NCBI GenBank assembly: GCA_034670305.1
Contig: JAXMNT010000030.1
Coordinates: 29,026-93,025, forward strand
Direction: 5' to 3'
Source of the DNA: Deltaproteobacteria bacterium
GTDB lineage: Bacteria > Myxococcota_A > Polyangia > Polyangiales > Houyiibacteriaceae
Length of the DNA stretch: 64,000 nucleotides
Shown here: positions 19,513 through 29,805 of the stretch, piece after piece
Position numbering within the stretch: the first letter of the stretch is position 1
Layout: every line of letters begins with the position of its first letter
The notes under the pieces: generated by a model
Told to the model about the DNA's origin: nothing
Database searches by the model: none
The model's input: the letters and a program-made list of their open reading frames with translations, nothing else
Translations under genes and position numbers: made by a program

Positions 19513-21030
19513 TCAGTCTTCCTCGGCGGTCTCTTCGCGCTTGGGCACACCCCACAGCGGGAACCGTCGGGGCTTGTCGTACTGGAAGAGCGGAAGCGGG
19601 GCCTCTTCGTCGATGGGTCGGTCCGCGCTCACCGGCCGAGCGCTGAGTTCGCGGAGCACCTTGCGGGAGACTGGGCCGAACGCCTCGGCGGACACGACGC
19701 GTGGTTCGGGCTGATCGGCGTCGAAGAACACGTACCCGCTGCCACGTTCGCGCACGAGCTCTTGCAGCACCGGGGCGCTCACCGCCGGCACCAAGGTCAA
19801 GCCACTCGGGACGTAGATGCGGGGCGCGACCTCGCTGTAGAAGGTGCCGAGGGGCACGCCCTCGATGCCGCTCGGATCGAGCAGGTAGAACCGGTCGTCG
19901 CCGACCGCGACCCGCAGCGCACTCAGGGTGTTCGGCGGGAGCGCATAGAGCAGACGCGAGAGCCACTCCCGCTGCGCGAGTGGCACGACCGTCGCGGTCA
20001 CCGCGCGCCACGGATCGCTGCTGGAGGCGAGCCGAAGCGGCAACGACATGCCGAGTTGCCCACCCGCTTGGCCGTCGCGGCGTTCCTTGGTGGAGACGTC
20101 TTCTTCGAGCGAGACGTTGGTTCGGACGAGCGAGCGGACCGGCGCGAAGGGCGGGAGCGGGTGCACCACCAGCACTTCGCCGTCGCCGCGAAACAGATGG
20201 AGCGTGTCGTCGTCGAACAGACTCGAACAACTCTCGAGCGCGATCGGGTGGCGGTAGCCGAGCTCCACCGCGAACGCTTTGCCGAGCGGCTCGAAGACGT
20301 TCACGCCGGGGAGCTGGCTGAAGAGTTTGGCGACGCGCTCGGGCGTGTTGCTGATGTCGAACACGTAGAGACGTTTGGGTTTGTCGTCGAACGCGCTCTG
20401 CGACGGCCACTCGGCGAGCGCGGCGCGGGCTGGGATCTGCCAGCGGAAGAGGTACGTGAGGATCGCGCCGCCCACGCCGACCTCGCTCGTGGCCCACAGC
20501 CGCGTCGGGATCGAGCCGTCCATGCCGAGCAGGCCGGTGGGTTGGCGGTAGGGCGTGAGTTTGAAGACGAGGTCCCGGAACTTGAGCTCCCGCTCGAAGC
20601 CGTAGAGCTGGCGGAAGGTGTCGTGGTAGAGCACCAGGTCCGCCGGCCGGTCGAGGAGCTCCTGCACGTCGTAGCCGAGCGGGGATCCGGTGTCGCGGTA
20701 CTTCACGAAATGGCGCGACGTGCCCGTGAAGACGAGGCCGCCCGCCAGCTTGGCCACGCCCGCGATGCGGTCCATGCGGTAGCTGGATTCGGCGTGCACC
20801 GAACACATGATCTCGCGGGTCTTGAGCGGCGTGACCAGCTGCCGGATCTGGATGGAAGGCAGCAGCTCGTCGAGGCTGCCTTCGTCTCCGTACGCACGGA
20901 AGAATGCGACCAGCCGGTCGACGGAGGGGAAGAGCACCAGGCCCCGCTGACCGAGTACGACACCACGCGCATCGGGCGAGACGCCGGGCGTTCGGAAGCG
21001 GGTCTGGTGCAGGGCAGCGCGCTCGAGCAC
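19513..21030 (-). CDS. Conserved hypothetical protein, possibly FtsH-ternary-system X7-like
   Basis: 505-aa globular ORF leading the MoxR operon; GLVLFPSVDRLVAFF and HFVKYRD...PLGYD segments; family call is from recall. Confidence 0.6.
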   Translation of the reverse strand: MLERAALHQTRFRTPGVSPDARGVVLGQRGLVLFPSVDRLVAFFRAYGDEGSLDELLPSIQIRQLVTPLKTREIMCSVHAESSYRMDRIAGVAKLAGGLVFTGTSRHFVKYRDTGSPLGYDVQELLDRPADLVLYHDTFRQLYGFERELKFRDLVFKLTPYRQPTGLLGMDGSIPTRLWATSEVGVGGAILTYLFRWQIPARAALAEWPSQSAFDDKPKRLYVFDISNTPERVAKLFSQLPGVNVFEPLGKAFAVELGYRHPIALESCSSLFDDDTLHLFRGDGEVLVVHPLPPFAPVRSLVRTNVSLEEDVSTKERRDGQAGGQLGMSLPLRLASSSDPWRAVTATVVPLAQREWLSRLLYALPPNTLSALRVAVGDDRFYLLDPSGIEGVPLGTFYSEVAPRIYVPSGLTLVPAVSAPVLQELVRERGSGYVFFDADQPEPRVVSAEAFGPVSRKVLRELSARPVSADRPIDEEAPLPLFQYDKPRRFPLWGVPKREETAEED

Positions 21031-21200
21031 GCGGCGACGGTAGCAGATCGGCCGGCGGATCGGAGCCGGATGTACGGTTCGGAAAGCCGAAGGCGTCCGG
21101 ACCCGCCGACCCCGCGAGAGACCAGCCCTGATCGGGCGGTGGGCCGCACGATTTCAAGCCGCGGCTTGGCCTGCCGATCGGAGCCGTGGGAGAGTGGCCC

Positions 21201-21665
21201 ATGGCCAGGCGCACACTGCTCACCGGGACGCTCGCAATGGGGTTGGCGTGGGGCGTCGCGACCCCGCACGCCCGCGCCTGCGAGGACGCCGATGCGGCCG
21301 AGCGGAGCCCCGACGCGCAGCTCGCGCGGCTTGCGGAGTCCTCTGAGCCCGAAGCCGCTGGGGCGATCGCGCAAGCGCGTCGGGCGCTCGAACGCGTCCG
21401 GGAACTCGCCACCACCGACCCCGCCGCGTCGCGTCGGGCCCGACAGATCGCATCGGCTGCGATCCTCTTGGCCCGCCGCCAGATCGAGCTGGTTCGTTCG
21501 CGTCAGGCGCTTCGCGAGGCCGAGGAAGAGGCCGAACGGGCACAGGCCAGACGCGCGTGGGCAGAAGGGGCGCTGGAGCGGGCCCGCGAACGCGCGCGAG
21601 AAGCGTCGGGAGACCCGCCCGCCACCGACTCCGAATCCGACTCCGACACCGAGGACGCAGAGTGA
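21201..21665 (+). CDS. Secreted helical/coiled-coil protein (DUF4398-like)
   Basis: Signal peptide with RR and AxA; Ala/Arg/Glu-rich heptads. Confidence 0.6.
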   Translation: MARRTLLTGTLAMGLAWGVATPHARACEDADAAERSPDAQLARLAESSEPEAAGAIAQARRALERVRELATTDPAASRRARQIASAAILLARRQIELVRSRQALREAEEEAERAQARRAWAEGALERARERAREASGDPPATDSESDSDTEDAE

Positions 21666-22675
21666 CCGGGGTCTCGACTGCCAAACGCACTCGGTCTCGG
21701 TCTCGCCACGCGCAGTGGTGGGTGTGCGCCCTGTGCGTGGGGTGTGCGACCAGCAGCCCGATCCACCTGCATCTGATCGAACCGGCGCGGCTGGCCGAAG
21801 CCGAGGTCGAGGCGCCCGATCTGGTCGCCTGGTCCGTGTCTGCCGCCGAGTCCGCGCAAGAAGCCGCGGATGCCGGCGACGAACCCGCGGCCCAGGATCA
21901 CGCGACCCGCTCGCGGCTCTACGCGGAGGCCGCAATCGCGGAAGCGCAGCGGGTGAAGTTCGACCGCGCCCGGATCGCACTGCTGGAGCAAGCCGAGGCC
22001 GATGCGCTGGCGGCGCGCGCCGCCCAGCGGGAGCGGGAGTCCCTGGAGTTCGCCGAGCGGCGCGCCGCGGCCGCCGCGCTCGCCCAAGGTCAGATGGCGC
22101 ACGCGTTCGCCCAAGCCGAGATCGACGAACCAAGGCGGCTCCGCCGGCGCACTGCGGAAGTCACCCGAGCACGGACACAGGCCGCGGCTGCGTTCGTCCA
22201 GCGCACCCACGGGCTCGTGGCGGCTGTGCGGGCGATGCGGACCGAGGGACCCGATGAGGCGGTCGAGCGCGAGCTCGCCGAGATCACCGAGGCACTCGAA
22301 GGCGAGGTCGACCTGCCGAGCGCGCGTTCGCTCCACGATCGCACGATGGTGTTGCTCGGACGGGTCCGGGCGGCGCGACCGGTCACCGCGGCGTCCATCG
22401 CCGCGCTGGTCGAGGCCGCGTCCGAACGCGGACTGAGACCCGAAGCCACCGCCGCCGGCATGCTCCTGCGCGCCGTCGTTCAAGAGCGTCGATTGAGGTC
22501 GACCGTGCTCGGGCCGCTGCTGCGTGCCCATCCCCATGGAGACGTCGTGGTGCGCGGACCGCTCGCGCCCAGGATGGCCGCCGCCCTGCGCCGCGAAGGC
22601 ATCCGCCCCGAGCGCCTGCAAACGGCCACCGCGACCACCGACGAGATCCTCCTTCCGGCGTACCGCGTCGAGTAG
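21662..22675 (+). CDS. Coiled-coil lipoprotein, hypothetical
   Basis: Lipobox CVG-C; long helical region; GTGA overlap with the upstream gene. Confidence 0.6.
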   Translation: MTGVSTAKRTRSRSRHAQWWVCALCVGCATSSPIHLHLIEPARLAEAEVEAPDLVAWSVSAAESAQEAADAGDEPAAQDHATRSRLYAEAAIAEAQRVKFDRARIALLEQAEADALAARAAQRERESLEFAERRAAAAALAQGQMAHAFAQAEIDEPRRLRRRTAEVTRARTQAAAAFVQRTHGLVAAVRAMRTEGPDEAVERELAEITEALEGEVDLPSARSLHDRTMVLLGRVRAARPVTAASIAALVEAASERGLRPEATAAGMLLRAVVQERRLRSTVLGPLLRAHPHGDVVVRGPLAPRMAAALRREGIRPERLQTATATTDEILLPAYRVE

Positions 22676-22829
22676 CGGCGGGCGTCGGGCCGGAGTCCTC
22701 ATCATCGGCGTCGGAATGCGAAGCGGTCTTGGCGCGGTTGGGTGTAGCGTGGGAGGGCATGGACAGGCTGGACAGGCGACCTCAGCCGACGCTGAAGCCG
22801 AAGCCGACGCCGAACCCGAATCCGACGCG

Positions 22830-23405
22830 GTGCGCCGCCCCCGACCCGTCCTCCTCCGCCGAGCGGTGGTCGTGATCCTGCTCGGCTACCTCGGCGCCGC
22901 GCTTGCCCTCGACCGCTACGGGGCCCGCGAACCCGAACCGGGTTGCTACGACGCGATCGTGGTCGCCGGTTGTCGCGTGATGCCCGATGGACGCCCGAGC
23001 ACCGCCCTCGCGCGGCGCACCGAGCGCGCGGTGCAGCTCTACGAAGCGGGACGGGCGGACACGATCGGCTTCACCGGGGGGATTGGCGACTACGGCGCGA
23101 GCGAGGCCAGCGTTGCGGCCGACTACGCCCACGCCCTCGGCGTGCCACGGGAGGCGCTGGTGCTCGAGGAGCGATCGACGTCGACCGACGAGAACGCAGC
23201 CCACATCGCGGAGGTGCTCGGATCCGACCAGCGCATCCTCGTCGTGAGCGACACCTACCACGTGTACCGCTGCCGCCGCGTGTTCGGACGGTACTTCGCG
23301 GAGGTCCACGGCGCAGGCTCGAAGGGCCATCCGTATGCGCGCGCGAAGGGCTCGCTCCGAGAGGTCGCGGCGGTTCTGATCTACGGCGCCCTCGGCCGGC
23401 TCTGA
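22830..23405 (+). CDS. YdcF/DUF218 family protein
   Basis: DAIVVAG, FTGG, SEA, EERSTSTDENA, VSDTYH and RE motifs; N-terminal TM; start uncertain. Confidence 0.88.
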   Translation: MRRPRPVLLRRAVVVILLGYLGAALALDRYGAREPEPGCYDAIVVAGCRVMPDGRPSTALARRTERAVQLYEAGRADTIGFTGGIGDYGASEASVAADYAHALGVPREALVLEERSTSTDENAAHIAEVLGSDQRILVVSDTYHVYRCRRVFGRYFAEVHGAGSKGHPYARAKGSLREVAAVLIYGALGRL

Positions 23406-23418
23406 GCGCAGCGCGCGC

Positions 23419-24048
23419 TTACGCGATCCCCGACACTTTGGACCACGCATCCGAGGGCGGCGGCGCGATGGTGCCGGGGAGCGTCTGGGCTTTGCGCAGG
23501 GACGAGGAGATCGCGGGGCTCAGCGCGGCGCCGAGGATGCAGGGAACCATGGGCAGGAGGGCGAGTTCCCACGTCCCCATCCACATCCCGCTGAGGACGA
23601 ACGAAACCACGACCGCCAAGTGGTGCAGGAGTGCATGCTTCGGGAGCGAAGCGACCTTCGCCAGATCCTCCCGCGCCAGCAGCCGCCGACCCGCCGCGAT
23701 GAGACGGGCGGCCAGGAAGAAACCGTGCAGTGAGACCAGCAACACCAGCGGGGTCGCGAGCACGTTCTCCTGAAACCCCAGTGCGACGAACACGAGACCC
23801 GCAGGCGCAAAGGCGAGCATCGTCAGGATGCCCCAGATCCCGGTGCACACCGCCGTGGCGCGAATGGACCACGGCGCCCCGTTGGCCCGTTCGTCTTGTA
23901 CCGGGCGGTCTCGGTACGGCGCCTGACCGACGTCCACGGGCGGGAGCTTTCTCTGGCCCCAGCGCTGCTCCGAGGCGCGCCCGACCGCCAGCGGGACGCC
24001 GACGCCCACGACGAGACACCCCAGGGCCAGGACCACGAAGTAGACCAT
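23419..24048 (-). CDS. Hypothetical membrane protein (about 5 TM)
   Basis: Several hydrophobic helices. Confidence 0.7.
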   Translation of the reverse strand: MVYFVVLALGCLVVGVGVPLAVGRASEQRWGQRKLPPVDVGQAPYRDRPVQDERANGAPWSIRATAVCTGIWGILTMLAFAPAGLVFVALGFQENVLATPLVLLVSLHGFFLAARLIAAGRRLLAREDLAKVASLPKHALLHHLAVVVSFVLSGMWMGTWELALLPMVPCILGAALSPAISSSLRKAQTLPGTIAPPPSDAWSKVSGIA

Positions 24049-24087
24049 GCCTAGACTACGCTCCAGGCGCGGCCGGCATTCCCGAGG

Positions 24088-24855
24088 TCAGTCGGTGAAG
24101 CGGAGCGTGACGACGGTGATGTTGTCTTCACCGCCGTTGGCGTTCGCTTCGGCGATCATCTGCTCGACGCCCGCCTCGAGGTTGTCTTGGGTCTCGGTGG
24201 CGATGTCGCGGATCCGCTCGTCGGTGATCATGCCGCTGAGCCCGTCCGAGCACAGGACGTAGAGATCGTTCGGCGCCGGCTCGTCCGGCACCATGTCGAC
24301 CGCCACCGAGTCCTGCATGCCGAGGGCCCGCGTGATGACGTTCTTCGGGAGCTCGTCCTTCTGCTCTTCGGTCATGTCGGGCATGACGAGCAGGTAGTCG
24401 TTCAACAGCGAGTGGTCGCGGGTCAACTGGGTGATGACGCCGTCCCGGATCCGGTACGCGCGGCTGTCGCCCACATGCGCGACGTACAGCTTGCCGCGCT
24501 CCTTGGAGTAGAGCGCGCCGACCACCGTGGTGCCCATGCCGTGCACCTCGCGATGTTTGACCGACGCTTCGAAGATCTTCCGGTTCGCGAGCTTGATGCC
24601 CGTGATGAGCCGGTTCTCGTCCACCGAGAGGTGGGGGTCGAAGCTGAACGGCCAAGTCGCGTCTTCGTTGGCGGTCGCCTGAAAGAAGGTCGCGATGGCG
24701 TGGGTGGCCATCTTGCTCGCGACGTCACCGGCCCGGTGACCACCCATCCCGTCCGCGACGATGAAGAGGCGGTGCTCCGGGAGGATGCAAAAGCTATCCT
24801 CGTTGTGCTCGCGTTGGAGCCCGACGTCCGATAGACCTGCGGCGATGAAGTTCAT
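24088..24855 (-). CDS. PP2C-family Ser/Thr protein phosphatase
   Basis: REHNEDS, VADGMGGH, GMGTT, HVGDSRAY, CSDGL and GGEDNIT motifs. Confidence 0.95.
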   Translation of the reverse strand: MNFIAAGLSDVGLQREHNEDSFCILPEHRLFIVADGMGGHRAGDVASKMATHAIATFFQATANEDATWPFSFDPHLSVDENRLITGIKLANRKIFEASVKHREVHGMGTTVVGALYSKERGKLYVAHVGDSRAYRIRDGVITQLTRDHSLLNDYLLVMPDMTEEQKDELPKNVITRALGMQDSVAVDMVPDEPAPNDLYVLCSDGLSGMITDERIRDIATETQDNLEAGVEQMIAEANANGGEDNITVVTLRFTD

Positions 24856-24985
24856 GGGCGTCGGTGGGAGCCGCACCAGCGGTTCACGATCGAAACCTCG
24901 TCGATCGATGCATGGCCGATGGAACGGTAACGGAAGCGTAGGCTCCGCGTTGGGTGCAGTCATGTCAAGGTTCCCGTGGCGTTCG

Positions 24986-25585
24986 ATGCCCCAGAAACTC
25001 AACTTCGATGGCCGGATGGCCCTGGCCGGCCTCGTGGCCCTGGTCCACTTGGCGGGCTGTGGCATCGGTTCGAACCCAGATCCTCGTACGATCGACGGCA
25101 TGATGGGGTACGCGGCCCTGGCGATCGAACGGGACGACCCGGAGATGCTGTTCAAGGTGATCGACGAGCGGGCCCGCCACGCCCTCCTCTCCATCGTCGC
25201 CGACCGGCAGGCCGCCGCGGCGCTGATCCGGGCCCACTACCCCGCCGCCGACCAGGCCGGCGCCCTCCAGAGCCTCGGCGACGCCTTGGACGTGGGAGAA
25301 GCGTGGCAGCTCTTTGCGGCCCGCTGCGACCAGGCGTGCCGGCGGGCGTGGTCCACCGAACTCGGGGCCGTGCAATCCAAGACGGCGGAGGGCGAAGAGT
25401 GGCTGTTGACCACCACCCGCGGGGCCGAAGTCCGGGTGTACCGCGAGCACGAAGGGGAATGGTGGGGTCTGGTCTGGCGGACCGCGGAACTCGACGCCGA
25501 GCGCGACCGGGCCAACCGGGACCTCGAGATGATCCGCCAGAACGCTGAGACCTACCAGCGCCGCGAAGCGCTGGAGCAGCACTGA
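24986..25585 (+). CDS. Hypothetical lipoprotein
   Basis: Lipobox LAG-C; start could also be ATG 25016. Confidence 0.7.
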   Translation: MPQKLNFDGRMALAGLVALVHLAGCGIGSNPDPRTIDGMMGYAALAIERDDPEMLFKVIDERARHALLSIVADRQAAAALIRAHYPAADQAGALQSLGDALDVGEAWQLFAARCDQACRRAWSTELGAVQSKTAEGEEWLLTTTRGAEVRVYREHEGEWWGLVWRTAELDAERDRANRDLEMIRQNAETYQRREALEQH

Positions 25586-25613
25586 ACCCGCGGCACACGG
25601 GGAACACGGGGAA

Positions 25614-25678
25614 CACTGGGTCGAAAGCACTGGCTCGAAAGCACTGGGTCGAAAGCACTGGGTCGAAAGCACTGGTCG
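25614..25678. repeat. 14-bp tandem repeat (CACTGGGTCGAAAG) x about 4.5
   Basis: Units start at 25614, 25628, 25642, 25656, with a partial at 25670; preceded by ACACGGGGA x2. Confidence 0.9.
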
Positions 25679-25695
25679 GGGCTGCGCCCAGCGGG

Positions 25696-26064
25696 CTAGC
25701 GGTACGCGGCGGCTTCGGTCTCCACCACCAGCAGGGTCTCGACCGAGAGACCAGTGCTGTTCACGGTGACGACCTGACAGCCCCGGACCCGGCCGGTGAC
25801 GATCTCCACCACTTCGAGATCCGCTCGGATGCCGTCCGAGTTCACGTTGACGACATGGTGGTCCACGCCCGCGGACGAGAAGAGCCAGTGGCCGCCGTAC
25901 CGAATGCCGGAGTCCAGATCGAGCACCAGCGGCTCGAGGGGGCGCACATCCGGCTCGACGGTGCCGAGGTGCCCGCGCTTGGATCCCTTGTAGAAACGCA
26001 CCTCGACCCGATGGCCGACCGGAATGGGGGCACACAGAAGGAGGGGCAGCGTGCGGAGGGGCAC
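25696..26064 (-). CDS. Hypothetical beta-rich protein
   Basis: Protein-like 122-aa ORF with a TAGGCT box 7 nt upstream of GTG. Confidence 0.6.
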   Translation of the reverse strand: MPLRTLPLLLCAPIPVGHRVEVRFYKGSKRGHLGTVEPDVRPLEPLVLDLDSGIRYGGHWLFSSAGVDHHVVNVNSDGIRADLEVVEIVTGRVRGCQVVTVNSTGLSVETLLVVETEAAAYR

Positions 26065-26099
26065 GGACCGAAGCCTACCGCCCTGGTATCCGATGGCCC

Positions 26100-27146
<1,047 letters not shown>

Positions 27147-27263
27147 ATCTCCTGAACGCCTGCCGCTCCGTCCCTTGAATGTCGCGGGCGAGCGGGCGTC
27201 CACGTTCTGACGGTGCTGCAAAAGGTCCCTCGCGTCCTTCGGCCCACGTCCTATACTTCCCTC

Positions 27264-27644
27264 ATGTCCGCCTCTCTCCAACGAACGTTCGCGCTGCTCT
27301 CGGTGCTCGTGTTGGGTCTGGCCGGTGTTTCGTGGACCTCGGGCACGGCGTCCGCGTGCGACAAGTGCCAGATGGACGGCTCGCGCGAGTACCTGCTCGA
27401 GGGTGCGTTCGTGCGGTACCAGCGGGTGACCTTCACGTTGCATGTCCAGGTCAACGACGGGGAGCGGCCCTACGTCGACACGATCGGCGTGGTGCCGATG
27501 GCGCTCCCCGAAGAACAGGGCGAGCAGGTCGCATGGTCGTCGCTGCGGCCGGGCGACCGCATCGAAGTGACGATTCGAGAGAACGACGAAGAGCGCAAAG
27601 TGCACCGCCTCGTCATTCGCCGACGCGTCGCGCCGCCGAGCTGA
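27264..27644 (+). CDS. Small secreted protein (possible OB-fold)
   Basis: Signal peptide ending ASA, then CDKC and LRPGDRIEV. Confidence 0.65.
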   Translation: MSASLQRTFALLSVLVLGLAGVSWTSGTASACDKCQMDGSREYLLEGAFVRYQRVTFTLHVQVNDGERPYVDTIGVVPMALPEEQGEQVAWSSLRPGDRIEVTIRENDEERKVHRLVIRRRVAPPS

Positions 27645-27702
27645 GCCGGTGAGCGCGCTTGCGGAGCCCACACCCGGCGATCGTGGTTAGGCTCCGGGCA
27701 CG

Positions 27703-28137
27703 ATGACCTACCGGCTGCTCGACCACACCGCAGACATCGCGATCGAGATCGATGCGGCCGACGAAGCCGGACTCTTCGATGCGCTCGCCAAAGGACTGCT
27801 GCACGTGCTCACCGATGTGCCGGGGTGCGCGGAGGGCACATCGCACATGGACGCGACCGTCGAAGGCCACGATCTGGGCGCGCTGCTCGTCGCGTTTGGG
27901 AACGAAGTGCTCTTCCTCTTCGAGGTGGAGACGTTTCTCTGGAGCGGCGCCGAACTTCTCTCGATCGAAGACGGCGAAGCGCGGATTCGGATCTTCGGCG
28001 AGCGCTTCGATCCGGAACGCCATCCGATCGCCAGGCCATTCAAGGCCGTGACACACCACGACGCCGTGGTTACTCGTTTGCCCGCCGAGGGAGAAGCCCA
28101 GCCACGCTGGACGGCAGAGATCATCGTCGATCTCTGA
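27703..28137 (+). CDS. Archease
   Basis: DHTADI, KAVTHH and terminal IVDL motifs; directly upstream of rtcB. Confidence 0.93.
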   Translation: MTYRLLDHTADIAIEIDAADEAGLFDALAKGLLHVLTDVPGCAEGTSHMDATVEGHDLGALLVAFGNEVLFLFEVETFLWSGAELLSIEDGEARIRIFGERFDPERHPIARPFKAVTHHDAVVTRLPAEGEAQPRWTAEIIVDL

Positions 28138-28240
28138 GGTGCTTCCTCGGCCCACGCCTTCGGGCGAGCATTCAAGTTGGACGAACCGCACTGCCGCCTC
28201 CCGGCACGCAGTGGTCGTCGCAGAACAGGGCAAGCGTTCG

Positions 28241-29791
28241 ATGAGTCGTCAGAAACGAAGGAAGAAGCAGAAGCAGGAGAAGCGCGACCTGGAGAAGAAG
28301 CAGGTCAAGGCGCGGGTGCCCTACGCCCCGAAGCCCTACGCGAGTCCGGTGCCGCTCGAGCCGTTTCCTTTTCCGGGAGACGACCCGGAAAGAGACTGTG
28401 TCCGTTGGCGCATCCCGCAGCGCGGCGCGATGAATGTGCCCGGCGTCGTGTTTGCAGACAGCACGCTCTTGCCCGACGTGCTCGCGGACAAGTCGCTCGA
28501 GCAGGTCGCGAACGTCGCCACCTTGCCCGGCATCGTTGGCGCGTCGTTCGCCATGCCCGACATCCACATGGGCTACGGCTTTCCCATCGGCGGGGTCGCC
28601 GCGTTCGACGCCACCCAGGGCGGGGTCGTGAGCCCGGGTGGCGTGGGCTACGACATCAACTGCGGCGTCCGCTTTCTCGCTTCCGACATGCATCTGGATC
28701 GGATCGGCAAACGCATCGAGAAACTCACCGACACCCTCTTCGAAGCGATCCCCGCCGGGGTCGGATCACGGCGCAAAGAGATCTCGCTCAGCGGCGGCGA
28801 ACTCAGCGAACTGCTGATGGACGGGATGAAGTGGGCGAAGCGCAAAGGGCTCGCCAACAACCAGGACGAAGCCCACACCGAAGACCGCGGCAAGATGGCC
28901 GCCGATCTCAAGTACGTCTCGAACCGGGCGAAGCAGCGCGGCGGCCCCCAGCTCGGCACCCTCGGTAGCGGCAACCACTTCGCAGAGATCGGCGTGGTCG
29001 ACGAGGTGTTCGACGAGGAGATCGCGGAGGCGTTCGGGCTCGAGCTCGGACAGATCACGTTGATGATCCATTCGGGTTCCCGCGGACTCGGACACCAGGT
29101 CTGCACCGACTTCCTCAAAGACATGTTCAAGGCGGTGGAGAAGTACGACATCCCGCTCGCCGACAAGCAGCTCTGCTGCGCGCCCATCCACAGCGACGAA
29201 GGCGAGCGGTACCTGAGTGCGATGGCGGCGGCGGCGAACTTCGCCTTCATGAACCGCCTCGTGATGGCGCACTGGGCACGCCAGGTCTTCGACGACATGT
29301 TCGGCGCGGAGCTGCGCACCGTCTACGACGTCTGCCACAACATCGCGAAGCGCGAGCAGCACGTGGTCGATGGGGTCTCGAAGGAGCTCGTCGTACACCG
29401 CAAAGGCGCGACCCGCGCGCTGCCGCCCCAACATCCGGACCTGCCCGAGCGCTACCAGAAGTTCGGTCAGCCGGTGGTGATCCCCGGCGACATGGGGCGC
29501 TACTCCTTCGTGATGGCCGGCGCCGCGCACTCGTCCGAGACGATGCACAGCGCGTGTCACGGCGCCGGCCGGTTGCTCTCGCGGTCGGAAGCCAAACGCC
29601 GGTTCACCGGCCGGCAGTCCGAAGTGCTCTCCAAACACGGCGTCTTCGTACGCGGCGCCTCCAAAGCGACCGTGGTCGAGGAGATGCCCGAAGCCTACAA
29701 GGACGTCGCCGACGTGGTCGGCGTGGTGGAGCGTGGCTTCATGGCCAACCCAGTGGTGCGCCTGCGCCCGCTCGGCGTCGTCAAAGGCTGA
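28241..29791 (+). CDS. rtcB: RNA ligase RtcB (archaeal/eukaryotic-like clade)
   Basis: MPDIHMGYGFPIGG, GYDINCG, GSGNHF, HSGSRG, HNIA, HRKGAT and HGAGR motifs. Confidence 0.95.
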   Translation: MSRQKRRKKQKQEKRDLEKKQVKARVPYAPKPYASPVPLEPFPFPGDDPERDCVRWRIPQRGAMNVPGVVFADSTLLPDVLADKSLEQVANVATLPGIVGASFAMPDIHMGYGFPIGGVAAFDATQGGVVSPGGVGYDINCGVRFLASDMHLDRIGKRIEKLTDTLFEAIPAGVGSRRKEISLSGGELSELLMDGMKWAKRKGLANNQDEAHTEDRGKMAADLKYVSNRAKQRGGPQLGTLGSGNHFAEIGVVDEVFDEEIAEAFGLELGQITLMIHSGSRGLGHQVCTDFLKDMFKAVEKYDIPLADKQLCCAPIHSDEGERYLSAMAAAANFAFMNRLVMAHWARQVFDDMFGAELRTVYDVCHNIAKREQHVVDGVSKELVVHRKGATRALPPQHPDLPERYQKFGQPVVIPGDMGRYSFVMAGAAHSSETMHSACHGAGRLLSRSEAKRRFTGRQSEVLSKHGVFVRGASKATVVEEMPEAYKDVADVVGVVERGFMANPVVRLRPLGVVKG

Positions 29792-29805
29792 GGCGGCACG
29801 ACGGC

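Noticed and set aside
22660-25710. Short (A/P)YR motif in three neighbouring proteins (LPAYRVE, APYRD, AAAYR*)
   Set aside because: A 3-residue motif in three proteins cannot be distinguished from chance within this window.
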